From Malacoraja senta (taxonomy: Eukaryota), in NCBI GenBank assembly GCA_038087875.1, contig CM075995.1, forward strand, positions 8,310,001-8,374,000: a DNA stretch of 64,000 nt. The letters are read 5' to 3'. Within the stretch, counting starts at the first letter, position 1. Each line of letters begins with the position of its first letter. This document shows, piece after piece, positions 1 through 11,752 of this stretch. The position numbers and the translations under genes are program-made. Under the pieces are notes generated by a model. The model saw only the letters and a list, made by a program, of their open reading frames with translations, searched no databases and was not told the origin of the DNA.

Positions 1-1366
1 CTTGTTCCCTGCGTTCTAATTGTGGTAGATTACAATTATCTAAAAATTCTGAGATTTTATTATTGTCTATTGATGTTTTAGATGTGTATAGATTCTGGTA
101 AAATTGAGCAAATCTTTTATTAATATCCTTGGGTAGTGTTAATACTTCCCCTCTATCTGATTTAATCTTTAATATTGCATTCTCTTTTTCCCATTTTTTA
201 AGTTGTCGTGCTAGAAGTTTGTGGGGTTTGTCCCCGAATTCGAAGTGTTCTTGTTTTGTGATTTGAAATAATGTTATAACTTTCTCTGACAGTAATTTAT
301 TTAACTGAAATTTCAGTAGTAGTATTTTATTATGTTTATCCATAGTTGGGTCTTTAGCATTATCTATATCTAACTGTTTTATTTGATCTTCTAAGTGTCT
401 TTGTTCATTCTTATTCTTTTTATTTTGATAAGCTTGAAATGAAATAATGACTCCTCTTATAAATGCTTTGAAGGATTCCCATAATAACGTGGGGGATATC
501 TCTGGTGTATCATTTAACTCAAAAAATAGATCCATCTGTTTTTTTAGATAGATACTCCCTTGAGGGTCTTTTAAAATTTGTGAGTTAAACCTCCAGAACG
601 GTTTATTCATAGACATTCCTTCTAGTTTTAGAACAAAAGTTAACGGAGAATGATCTGAGATCGCATTAATATGATATTTAGGATTCAGAGATTGCGAAAT
701 TAATTTTGTATCCACAAGAAAATAGTCTATCCGTGAATATGTTTTATGCACCATTGAATAAAACGAGTAATCCCTTCCCGTCGGGTTTGCAATCCTCCAT
801 ACATCTGTTATATTTGTGTTTTCCATATATGTGTGTAAGAGTTCACTGGTTTTAGATTTCGTCTGACCTTTTTGTTTTTGCATCGATTTATCTAAATAAG
901 GATCTAAAACACAATTAAAATCTCCTCCGATTATAACATTTTGATAATTAGATTCTGCAATTATATTCAGAATTTTATTAAAAAATTGAGGGTTATCAAA
1001 GTTAGGCGCATATATGTTTACCAGCGTAATTGGCATATTATTGATCTCCCCTGCTACTATAAGATATCTCCCTTCCTTATCTAAAATAGTGTTCTTTGAT
1101 TTAAATGGAATTCCTTTACGAATAATAATTGCAGTACCTCTAGATTTGGAGGTAAATGAAGAGTGAAATGTTTGGCCTATCCAGTTCGCCCTCAGTCTTG
1201 TCTGATCTTGCTGTTTAAGATGTGTTTCCTGTAGAAACGCAATGTCCGTGTTGTATGATTTCAACTGAGCTAGTATCTTGCCCCTTTTAATAGGTTCATT
1301 AATCCCCCTTATATTCCAACTACATAATGTGATTCCTCCTATTTTCTTTTGATTGTCGTCATGCAT
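1..1366 (-). CDS. L1 ORF2 (endonuclease domain and linker), partial, apparently open to window edge
   Basis: ATG at 1366: MHDDNQKKIGGITLCSWNIRGINEPIKRGK; its absence from the ORF track is consistent with no stop codon before base 1. Confidence 0.8.
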   Translation of the reverse strand, partial: MHDDNQKKIGGITLCSWNIRGINEPIKRGKILAQLKSYNTDIAFLQETHLKQQDQTRLRANWIGQTFHSSFTSKSRGTAIIIRKGIPFKSKNTILDKEGRYLIVAGEINNMPITLVNIYAPNFDNPQFFNKILNIIAESNYQNVIIGGDFNCVLDPYLDKSMQKQKGQTKSKTSELLHTYMENTNITDVWRIANPTGRDYSFYSMVHKTYSRIDYFLVDTKLISQSLNPKYHINAISDHSPLTFVLKLEGMSMNKPFWRFNSQILKDPQGSIYLKKQMDLFFELNDTPEISPTLLWESFKAFIRGVIISFQAYQNKKNKNEQRHLEDQIKQLDIDNAKDPTMDKHNKILLLKFQLNKLLSEKVITLFQITKQEHFEFGDKPHKLLARQLKKWEKENAILKIKSDRGEVLTLPKDINKRFAQFYQNLYTSKTSIDNNKISEFLDNCNLPQLERREQ

Positions 1367-2584
1367 TTTTACCAGTTTTAATGACCTTAATTATTGTGGT
1401 GCGTTCATACCTCCGGACTCTGGTTATTTTGGGAGTATTTCTATTATAGACTTCCTTGGTAGTTCTCCTGCGCGATTGTCCTTGAAGAAAAAACACACAG
1501 ATGTGACATATTGTGATTAAAAAAAATATATATAAATCAAATAAATTTACGGTGTCTAAAATTTCAACACCGTAGTGAGTGGCCCACTCGTCTGTGGGGT
1601 ACGACATCCATAACGCTTCCGGCGTAGTTGGTATAAAGTTAGCCCCGCTGTATTTATTACCCAAAATCTATGGGGTCATTACCGTTTCCAATTCAGTTCT
1701 GTTTCACCCAGTTACAATTTATATATGTGTCAAATGTATTCGATTCCATATCCTACTCACTCTTTATCTCTTAACTATTTTAAAATGAATTTAGTATTGT
1801 TAAAGTGAGCGGTTTACTGAGTGGATTAATCGGAGTCAGGTTCCTGGAATTGTGCCAGGTGCCTGATCTCCTCTCCTCTCCACGAGCTGCGAACATAGGT
1901 GATAACTGCTGTCTGCGTTATGACGCAGGCACCACAGTTTTATCAGTTTCAAATATTATTTCTATATTAGTATTGTTAATTATTAATTATGATTAATTCT
2001 CAGCATTTTGTAAAACTATATAAGCCGTATATATTTTTCATATCAACCTCGAGTGTATATTATCTCTTAACTATTTTAAATTGATTTTAATATTGTTAAA
2101 AATGAGCTGTTCGCTGGAAGGGTTAACGGGAGTCTGGCTCCTGGAGTTATGCCAGGTACCCGGTCTCCCCCTCCCTCCACTCTCGAGCTGCATAGCACTT
2201 GCTGTTATCTGCTAAACAGAGCAGACTGCACATTTTTTATCTATTTCAATTGCTATTTCTATATTAGTATTGTTAATTGTTAATTATTATTAGTTCTCAG
2301 TTTTTTCAGTTTTTTATAAACAATATAAGCCATGTGATGTTTTTCACTCTCAGCCCAGCAGTTCGTCTCGTGTTATCAGGTTTTCCTCGTTTGAGCACGT
2401 AGTGTCCTTGAATTACATAGCACAATGTTCCAGCGAAGATAATAATGTCTAGCCACGTCTCACTAAGAATCTGTTGCTTGAAGTCAAATAAAAAATAAAA
2501 AATCAGTGTTCAGTTAATTCACTTTCCTTGTGATACTCTTGTTGGAAGAATAAGCAAGTTCGTTTGTTCCTGTCGTCTTGGTTT

Positions 2585-2958
2585 TCAATCTCCAGTTGAT
2601 GCAGCCTTAGTCGCGATTTCTTGAGCGTATTTGAGAGATTCATCCGAATTAGTGAATGTTTTTGACACTCCCTCAAAGGTGATACGCATTCTAGCCGGAT
2701 AAAACACTCCACACAAAACTCCCTTAACACCATAAAGAACTTCTCTGGTCTGTGAGAACTTTCTTCTCTTTTGCTCAATCTCATAAGGGTAGTCCCGTAG
2801 GAGTTTAATAGTATCACCTCTGTACATCATCTTCTCTCCGTGGTTGATTTTTTTCATCAGCGCTTCCATTGTTGAGATATCCCGAAGTTTAATTATGATC
2901 TGTCGTGGGTAGGCATGTTCTCCTTGAGATCTTGATTTAAATCTGGGGAGTCGATGTG
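2585..2958 (-). pseudogene. L1 ORF1 C-terminal fragment
   Basis: ORF 2585..2869 plus upstream in-frame HRLPRFKSRSQGEHAYPRQIIIKLRD resembles the L1 ORF1 RRM/CTD region. Confidence 0.75.
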
Positions 2959-2959
2959 C

Positions 2960-4655
2960 TACTTCGACTTGGTGTGGGGTTTTACCAGAGCCCTATTCAA
3001 CTGCAGAAGAACCTCTTTACTCCTATACTGAAATCCTCTTGTTATGAAGGCCAACATTCCATTAGCTTTCTTCACTGCCTGCTGTACCTGCACGCCAACT
3101 TTCAATGACTGGTGTACAAGGACACCCAGGTCTCTCTGTACCTCCCCCTTACCTAACCTAACCCCATTGAGAATAATCTGCCCCCTTGTTTTTGCCGCCA
3201 AAGTGGATAACCTCACATTTATCTATATTATACTGTGTCTGCCACGCATCTGCCCACTGACTCAACCTGTCCAGGTCACCCTGCAACCTCCTAACATCCT
3301 CTTCACAGTTCACACTGCCACCCAGCTTTGTGTCATCCGCAAACTTGCTAGTGTTGCTCCTAATTCCCTCTTCCAAATCATTAATATATATGGTAAACAG
3401 TTGCGGCCCCAACACCGAGCCTTGCGGCACTCCACTCGCCACTGCCTGACATTCTGAAAAGGACCCGTTCACTCTTACACTTTGCTTCCAGTCTGCCAAC
3501 CAATTTTCTATCCACGTCAACACCCTACCTCCAATATCATGTGCTCTAATTTTAGTCACCAGTCTCCCATGCGGGACCTTATCAAAGGCTTTCTGAAAGT
3601 CTAGATACACTACATCCACTGGCTCCCCTTCATTCATTTTACTTGTCACATCCTCAAAAAATTCCAGAAGATTAGTCAAGCATGATTTTCCTTTCATAAA
3701 TCCATGCTGGCTTGGACTAATCCTTTTAATCCTAATAATGGGGGCATCCAAATGCCCCATTATTACCTCTTTAATAATTGACTCCAGCATCTTTCCCACC
3801 ACCGAAGTCAGGCTAACTGGTCTGTAATTCCCCGTTTTCTCTCTCACTCCTTTCTTGAAAAGTGGGATAACATTAGTTATCCTCCAATCCATAGGAACTG
3901 ATCCTGAATCTATTGAACATTGGAAAATGATCACCAATGCGTCCACTATTTCTAGAGCCACTTCCCTGAGGACCCTGGGATGCAGACCATCAGGCCCAGG
4001 AGATTTATCATCCTTCAGTCCCATTAACCTACCCAATACTATTTATCGCCTAATGAAAATTTCTTTCAGTTCCTCTACCCCCTTAGATCCTCTGTCCTCC
4101 AGTACATCTGGGAGATTGTTTGTGTCTTCCTTAGTGAAGACAGATCCGAAGTACCTGTTCAACTCCTCTGCCATTTCCTTGTTCCCCATAATAATTTCAC
4201 CCGTGTCTGCCTTCATGGGACCTACATTTGACTTTGCTATTCTTTTTCCCTTAACATATCTAAAGAAGCTTTTCCTGTCCTTTATATTCCTGGCCAGCTT
4301 CCCCTCGTACTTCATCTTTTCAGCCCGTATTGCCCGTTTTATTTCCTTCTGTTGTCCTATGAAAGTTTCCCAAACCTCTGGCTACTGGCTATTCTTTGCT
4401 GTGTTTTACATCTTTTCTTTAAGTTTTATTCTATCCCTAACTTCTATTGTCAGCCACAGTTGCCTCCTACTCCTCTTAGAATCTTTCTTCCTTTTTGGAA
4501 TTAAATGATCCTGCGTCTTCCGGATTATGCCCATAAATTCCTGCCATTGCTGTTCCACCGTCATTCCTGCTAGGATCCCTTTCCAGTTGACCTTGGCCAG
4601 CACCTCCCTCATGCCTTCATAGTCCCCTTTGTTCAACTGCATCACTGACATTTCC
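2960..4655 (-). mobile_element. CR1 LINE ORF2 fragment (reverse transcriptase), frameshifted
   Basis: KSPGPDG, NYRPVSLTS, YLDFQKAFDKVPH, GVPQGSVLGP and KFADD motifs across ORFs 2959-4315. Confidence 0.93.
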
Positions 4656-4927
4656 GAGACAGGAGCGTGGGGGTCATTTTTCCACACAAGCCATAGGTGA
4701 CTGGGCAATCTGAACCCAAGCACCAAGTTGTAAGCGGTCGAAGGTGGCATTCCTCGGGACAGCCCCCACAATCCCACGGCCACCCTCCGCGGGCTGCGGG
4801 TCAGGTGGAGCGGAGGTGTGGGACAATGTTCATCCCTCCACAGTGATGTGATGGACGCGGGGGTCTGGACCAATCGCTGACAAGTCCCGCCCCCCGGCAA
4901 CGTCATGTCCGTTATTTGACTTTTCTG

Positions 4928-5178
4928 TTGAGCGGCATTCGGTTCGTTGGCTTGTAGGCGACGCCGCCTTTCGGGTAGGTGGCGTTTAGACAGAGCGGCC
5001 ATTCAGTGAGTTTGCTTTTAGGCGACGCAGCTTTTCGGTTAGTTGGCTTTTAGGAATCCCACCCTTTCAGTTAGTTTGCATTTAGGCGTCCCATACTTTT
5101 GGTTTGTTGGCGTTTCGGCTTCGTACTCTTTCGGTTATTTGGCATTTCGGCCTCATTTCCATTCGGTTCTTTGGCTTT
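4928..5178. repeat. Degenerate array with strict 16-bp period (~15 units, alternating 32-bp dimer)
   Basis: Core TT(T/A)(C/A)GG-like motif recurs at 4939, 4955, 4971, 4987, 5003 and so on to 5163. Confidence 0.8.
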
Positions 5179-5363
5179 GAATTCTTTGCATCGGCTTCTC
5201 GTCCGTCGGCGCCACGTCCGCACACGAGCGGAGTCAGGGGATGTGAGGAGAAGGCAGGAACGGGGTACAGATTGGGGATGATCAGCCATGATCACATTGA
5301 ATGGCGGTGCTGGCTCGAAGGGCTGAATGGCTTACTCCTGCACCTATTGTCTATTGCATCAAT

Positions 5364-8300
5364 GGGAAGTGAGTGTGACTGAGGCAGCCATCTTGGTGCG
5401 AGGCATTTGCAGCAAGTGACTGACTGAGGGGAGGCTGCTGCCATCTTGTTGCAGGGCAATTAGTGGAAGTGACTGTGACTGAAGAGTATGGAAGCCATAT
5501 TGGTGAGGGGCGTTTGTAGCAATGGCGACCATCTTGGTGAGGGGCATCAAGCACATTTTGTATATAGTGTGTTATATTGTATTATAGTGTGTTATATTGT
5601 GTTAAGGTGTGTTATAGTGTATTATATTGTATTTGGGTGTGTTAAAAATCATGTGTCATAGTGTATTATATATTATATTGTATTATGGTGAATTATGTAT
5701 TATAGTGCATTATAACTTTATTCCTTGGAGCACATGAGGATGAGGAATGATCTTATAGAGTTGTACAAAATCATGACAGGAATAGATCGGGTAGACGCAC
5801 AGAGTCTTTTGCCAGGGGAGGGGAATCGAGGACCAGAGGACATCCGTTTAAGGTGAAGGGGAAAGATTTAAAAGGAATCTGAGGTAGACAAAAAATCTGG
5901 AGAAATTCAGCGGGTGAGGCAGCATCAATGGAGCGAAGGAATAGGAGACGTTTCAGGTTGAGACCCTTACCGATGTTGGCGGAGTCCAGAACAAGGGGCC
6001 ACAGTTTACGAATAAGGGATTGAGAACAGAGATGAGGAAACACTTTTTCACACAGAGAGTTGTGAGACTGTGGAATTCTCTGCCTCAGAGGGTGGTGGGG
6101 GCCAGTTCTCTGGATACTTTCAAGAGAGAGATTGATAGGGCTCGTAAAGATAGCGGAGTCAGGAGATATGGGGAGAAGGCAGGAACTGATTGTGGATGAT
6201 CAGCCATGATCACATTGATCGAAGAGGCGAATGGCCTACTGCACCTATTGTCTATTCTTCAGACTGACCCTTCTTCAGTCTGAAGAAAGGTCTCGACCCG
6301 AAACGTCGCCTATTCCTTCGCTCCATAAATGTTGCCTCACCCACTGAGTTTCTCCAGGTTTTTTCTACCTTCGATTTTTCAGAATCTGCAGTTCTTTCTG
6401 AAACATAGGAATCTGAGGTGTAACTTTTCCACATAGAGTGTGGGTGTATGGAACGAGCTGCCAGAGGAGGTAGTTGAGGCAGGGACTATTGCAACGTTTA
6501 AAAGATACTTGGATAGGTACATGGATTGGACAGCCCCTCACCAATATGGCTTCCATACTCTTTTGCCAGAGGAGGTTTAGAGGGACATGGGCCAATGTGA
6601 GCAGTTTTGGGTCCCATATCTGAGGGAAGGATGTGCTTGGCATTGCAGAGGGTCCAGAGGAGGTTCACAAGAACGATCCCAGGAATGAGTGGGTTAATGT
6701 ACGATGAGCATTTGTCTGCATTGGGCCTGGACTCGCTGGAGTTTAGAAGAATGAGGAGGGGGTGGGGGTCCTCATTAAAACTTTCCCGAATAGTGAAAGG
6801 CTTGGATAGAGTGGATGTGGAGAGGATGTTTCCACTAGTGGGAGAGTCTCGGTCCAGAAGGCATACTCAGAATTAAAGGGCGTTCCTTTAGAAAGGAGAT
6901 GGAGAGGAATTTCTTTAGGCAGAGGGTGGTGAATCTGTGTGACTCTGTGACTCCCCTCCCCCAGCCCTGCCCCCCCCTCTCTTCCTTCATCGTTCCCCAC
7001 AGGCTCGACCGTCCCATCCAGCATCACGGTCCCACCCGGCATCACCGTATGACCGGGTGGGGGTCACAAACGACACTGCAGGGCATCAGCAGGGAGTGAG
7101 TGTGACTGAGGCAGCCATCTTGGTGTGGGGCATTTGCATCAAGTGACTGACTGAGGGGAGGCTGCTGCCATCTTCGTGCAGGGCAATTAGTGGAAGTGAC
7201 TGTGACTGAAGAGTACGGAAGCCATATTGGTGAGGGGCGTTTGTAGCGATCGTGACCATCTTGGTGAGGAGCATCAACCACATTTTGTATTATAGTGTGT
7301 TATATTGTATTTGGGTGTGTTAAAAATCATGTGTCATAGTGTATTATATTGTATTATGGTGCCTTATGTATTATAGTGCATTATAACTTTAAATCCTTGG
7401 AGCGCAGGAGGATGAGGGATGAACTTATAGAGGTGTACAAAATTATGACAGGAATAGATCATGTAAACGCACAGAGTCTTTTGCCAGAGTAGGGGAATCG
7501 AGGACCAGAGGACATCGGTTTCAGGTGAAGGGGAAAGATTTAATAGGAATCTGAGGTAGACAAAAAAGCTGCAGAAATTCAGCGGGTGATGATGCAGCTA
7601 TGGAGTGAAGGAATAGGAGACTTTTCAGGTCGAGACCATTCCCGATGTTGGGGGAGTCCAGAACAAGGTGCCACAGTTTAAGAATAAGGGGTAATGCATT
7701 TAGAACAGAGATGAGGAAACTTTTTCACACGGAGAGTTTTGAGTCTGTGGAATTCTCTGCCTCAGAGGGCAGTGGAGGCCGGTTCTCTGGATACTTTCAA
7801 GAGAGTGCTTGATAGGGCTCTTAAAGATAGCGGAGTCAGGAGATATTGGGAGAAGGCAGGAACGGGGGTACTGATTGTGGATGATCAGCCATGATCACAT
7901 TGAATGGCGGTGCTGGCTCGAAGAGGCGAATGGCCTACTGCATCTTTTGTCTATTCTTCAGACTGACCCTTCTTCAGTCTAAAGAAAGGTCTCGACCCTG
8001 AAACGTCGCCTATTCCTTTGCTCCATAGATGTTGCCTCACCCGCTGAGTTTCTCCAGGTTTTTTCTACCTTCGATTTTTCCAGAATCTGCAGTTCTTTCT
8101 GAAACATAGGAATCTGAGGTGTAACTTTTCCACACAGAGGGTGGGTGTATGGAACAAGCTGCCAGAGGAGGCAAGGGACTATTACAATGTTTAAAAGATA
8201 CTTGGACAGGTACATGGATAGGACAGGTTTAGAGGGACATGGGCCATTGTGAGCAGTTTTGGGTCCCATATCTGAGGGAAGGATGTGCTTGGCACTGCAG

Positions 8301-8693
8301 AGGGTCCAGAGGAGGTTTACAAGAACGATCCCAAGAATGAGTGGGTTAATGTACGATGAGCATTTGTCTGCATTGGGCCTGGATTCGCTGGAGTTTAGAA
8401 GAATGAGGAGGAGGAGGGGAGGGTCCTCAATAAAACTTTCCCGAATAGTGAAAGACTTGGATAGAGTGGATGTGGAGGGGATGTTTCCACTAGTTGGAGA
8501 GTCTCGGACCAGAAGGCATACTCAGAATTAAAGGGCGTTCCTTTAGAAAGGAGATGGGGAGGAATTTCTTTAGGCAGAGGGTGGTGAATCTGTGTGACTC
8601 TCTGACTCCCCTCCCCAGCCCTGCCCCCCCTCTCTTCCTTCGTCGTTCCCCACGGGGCTCGACCGTCCCACCCAGCATCACGGTCCCACCCGT
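5364..8693. repeat. Tandem duplication of a ~1.73 kb composite unit (copy 1 ~5364-7091, copy 2 ~7092-8693, cut by gap)
   Basis: Same order of GCCATCTT-rich block, AT-rich microsatellite, CR1 and Penelope-derived pieces in both copies; paired ORFs 5351/7042 and 6607/8259. Confidence 0.9.
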
Positions 8694-8893
8694 NNNNNNN
8701 NNNNNNNNNNNNNNNNNNNNNNNNNNNNNNNNNNNNNNNNNNNNNNNNNNNNNNNNNNNNNNNNNNNNNNNNNNNNNNNNNNNNNNNNNNNNNNNNNNNN
8801 NNNNNNNNNNNNNNNNNNNNNNNNNNNNNNNNNNNNNNNNNNNNNNNNNNNNNNNNNNNNNNNNNNNNNNNNNNNNNNNNNNNNNNNNNNNNN
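8694..8893. other. Assembly gap (200 N)
   Basis: Run of exactly 200 N. Confidence 0.99.
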
Positions 8894-8934
8894 AGAGTGC
8901 GAGAATAGTAGATTTTGCTAAGACAGTATCTTTT

Positions 8935-9245
8935 GTTTAGTTTAGAGCTACAGCGTGGAAACAGGCCCTTCTGCCCACCGGGTCCGCGCCGACCAGCGAT
9001 CCCCGCACATTAACACTATCCTACACTAGGGACAATTTTTACATTTAACGAGCCAATTAACCTACAAACCTGTACGTCTTTGGAGTGTGGGAGGAAACCG
9101 AAGATCTCGGAGAAAACCCACGCAGGTCATGGGGTGAAGGTACAAACTCCGTACAGACAGCACCCGTAGTCGGGATCAAACCTGGTCTCCGGCGCTGTAT
9201 TCGCTGTAAGGCAGCAACTCTACCGCTGCGCCACTGTGACCGCCC
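8935..9245 (-). mobile_element. HE1-like V-SINE (tRNA head, CR1-type tail)
   Basis: Family repeated at ~21260-21670(+), 32770-33140(-), 50815-51090(-) and 63490-63690(-); B-box GGTTCGATCC in intact copies; tail shared with CR1 3' ends (GGGCCGAAGGGCCTGTTTCC). Confidence 0.75.
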
Positions 9246-9540
9246 TGCGGTGAAGTCTTCTGTTCGTAGTGCAATCGGTGCACTTTTGTACTTATCTATG
9301 ATTTGTGTTTATTTCTAGTATGATTTAACTTGGACTGTATGCAAGACTGGATTTTACTGTACCTATGTAGGTGTGACAGTGAGGTATCATTCATTTGAAT
9401 CGTTTGAGAGTGGCGGCATTTCCGGCACCATCAAATTCAAAATGATTAACAAATTGCAGTCGTAACCTGGCCATGAAGGCCCGTTGTCGTGGTGACGGCA
9501 CTGGGTGGGAGTTGCAGGGGTCGGCCTGGCCAAGCCATGT

Positions 9541-10050
9541 TAATAGACAATAGGTGCAGGAGTAGGCCGTTCGGCCCTTCGAGCCAGCACCGCCATTCAA
9601 TGTGATCATGGCTGATCATCCCCAATCAGTACCCCGTTCCTGCCTTCTCCCCATATCCCCTGACTCCGCTATTTTTAAGAGCCCTATCTAGCTCTCTCTT
9701 GAAAGTATCCAGAGAACCGGCCTCCACCGCCCTCTGAGGCAGAGAATTCCACAGACTCACCACTCTCTGTGTGAAAAAGTGTTTCCTCGTCTCCGTTCTA
9801 AATGGTTCACCCCTTATTCTTAAACTGTGTCCCCTGGTTCTGGACTCCCCCAACATCGGGAACATGTTTCCTGCCTCTAGCGTGTCCAAACCCTTATATG
9901 TTTCAATAAGATCCCCTCCCATCCATCTAAATTCCAGAGTACACAAGCCCAGCCGCTCCATTCTCTCAGCATATGACAGTCCCGCCATCCCGGGATTCGG
10001 GAATTAACCTGGTGAACCTTCGCTGCTGCGCTCTCCCTCAATAGCAAGAA
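9541..10050 (-). mobile_element. CR1 3' fragment
   Basis: ORF2 C-terminus [21 protein letters not shown] and CTATTGT-type tail. Confidence 0.9.
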
Positions 10051-11010
10051 TGTCCATGTTGTCCATGTTCTCCACTGCTCCGTGCCGCCATTCAATCCCG
10101 GGTCTCATTTACACTGTGCATACTGTCAGGTCAAGGCATAGCCTTGCAACTGGTAACCATGTAGTCCAGTTCAACCTGTGGGACGTGCTCATCCTTCATG
10201 GGAAGTCTGCTTGGGCCGACCAGGCGGAAGAAATCTTTATGAGGGGGGGATCTTATAGAAACTTACAAAATTCTTAAGGGGTTGGACAGGCTAGATGCAA
10301 GAAGATTGTTCCCGATGTTGGGGAAGTCCAGAACAAGGGGTCACGGTTTAAGGAAGTCTTTTAGGACCCAGATGAGAAAAAAAAATTCACACAGAGAGTG
10401 GTGAATCTGTGGAACTCTCTGCCACAGAAGGTAGTTGAGGCCAGTTCATTGGCTATATTTAAGAGGGAGTTAGATGTGGCTAAAGGGATCAGGGGGTATG
10501 GAGAGAAGGCAGGTACAGGCTACTGAGTTGGATGATCAGCCATGATCATATTGAATGGCGGTGCAGGCTCGAAGGGCCGAATGGCCTACTCCTCCACCTA
10601 TTGTCTATGTTTCTATGCTAGTGGAGGACTAGTGAGCCATGTCAGAACTCGCCAGAATCGAGACTACACAAGCCGCCATCGTGGTTACCGACGGGCCCCC
10701 ACCAACATCAAGCTATCTCCAGAATGAGCACCAAGGAGACGGGGAGGAATTTCTTTAGTCAGAGGGTGGTGAATGTGTGGAACCCATTGCCACAGACGGC
10801 TGTGGAGGCCAAGTCAATGGGTATTTTTCAAGCGTAGATTGCTAAGTTCTTGATCAGTAACGGTCTCAGGGTTTATGGGGAGAAGGCAGGAGAATGGGGT
10901 TGAGAGGGAAAGATAGATCAGCCATGGTTGAATGGTGGAGTAGACTCGATGGGTGGAAAGGCCGAATTCTTGTGAGCATCTGACACTATCTGAACGTTCT
11001 TTTCCTCCAG

Positions 11011-11056
11011 GTTTTTGAAGTATACTCACTTGAAGCAGGCGTTCAGGTCAGAGGAG
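11011..11056 (+). CDS. DNAJC13: DNAJC13 internal exon: (R)FLKYTHLKQAFRSEE
   Basis: ttcctccag acceptor, gtgagt donor; matches RME-8 FLKYTHxKQAFxSEE. Confidence 0.9.
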
Positions 11057-11403
11057 GTGAGTTTCAGCTCAATTACATGCTGGTGCAGCAGACCAAACCT
11101 CGTAACAAGAATATTCTTTCTCGCCAAACACTCCACTGCATTCGTTCAGTAACTAGGATTCACCATTGGTTTATGGAATCATCGAGAGTCATAGAGTGAT
11201 ACAGTGTGGAAACAGGCCCTTCGGCCCAACTTGCCCACACCGGCCAACAATGTCCCATCCACACTAGTCCCACTTGTCTGCGCTTGATCCATATCCCTCC
11301 AAACCTGTCCTATCCATGAACCTGTCTGACTGTTTCGTAAACGATGGGATAGTCCCAGCCTCAACTACTTCCTCTGGCAGCTCGTTCCGTACACCCACCA
11401 CCC

Positions 11404-11752
11404 GACGACAGATGGCGCAATGGGCTAAGTGTTCGGCTGGCAACCGGAAGGTAGCCGGTTCGAATCCCGCTTGGAGTGCATACTGTCGTTGTGTCCTTGG
11501 GCAAGACACTTCACCCACCTTTGCCTGCGTGTGAATGTGTGTGAATGTGTGTGAGTGATTGGTGGTGGTCGGAGGGGCCGTAGGCGCAGATTAGCAGCCA
11601 CGCTTCCGTCAGTCTGCCCCAGGGCAGCTGTGGCTACAGAAGTAGCTCACCACCACCGAGTGTGACTGAGGAGTGAATGAATAATGCGATGTAAAGCGCC
11701 TTGAGTATTAGAAAGGCGCTATATAAATCCCATCCATTATTATCATTATTAT
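11404..11752 (+). mobile_element. Young tRNA-derived SINE with L2-type tail, copy 1
   Basis: A box TGGCGCAATGG, B box GGTTCGAATCC, tail GTAAAGCGCCTTGAG..AAAGGCGCTATATAAAT(TAT)n; interrupts a CR1. Confidence 0.88.

Larger units (their letters stand above)
1..2958 (-). mobile_element. L1-clade LINE: ORF1 C-terminal part, ~1.2 kb spacer and ORF2 N-terminal part; runs off window start, 5' part lost at CR1 junction
   Basis: Minus-strand translation from 1366 gives APE endonuclease motifs (SWNIRGIN, FLQETHL, NIYAPN, GGDFNCVLD); 2585-2958 gives an L1 ORF1-type C-terminus (HR..PRQIIIKL, YPARMRIT). Confidence 0.9.

Noticed and set aside
3855..4508. 217-aa + strand ORF and similar ORFs starting MFPASS
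   Set aside because: Antisense shadows of CR1 ORF2
4406..5002. 198-aa minus-strand ORF
   Set aside because: Chimeric read-through: CR1-derived C-terminal half joined to unrelated non-coding sequence
11404..11490. tRNA gene
   Set aside because: A/B boxes continue into a SINE body and L2-type tail and the whole unit is duplicated at 56313; it is a SINE head
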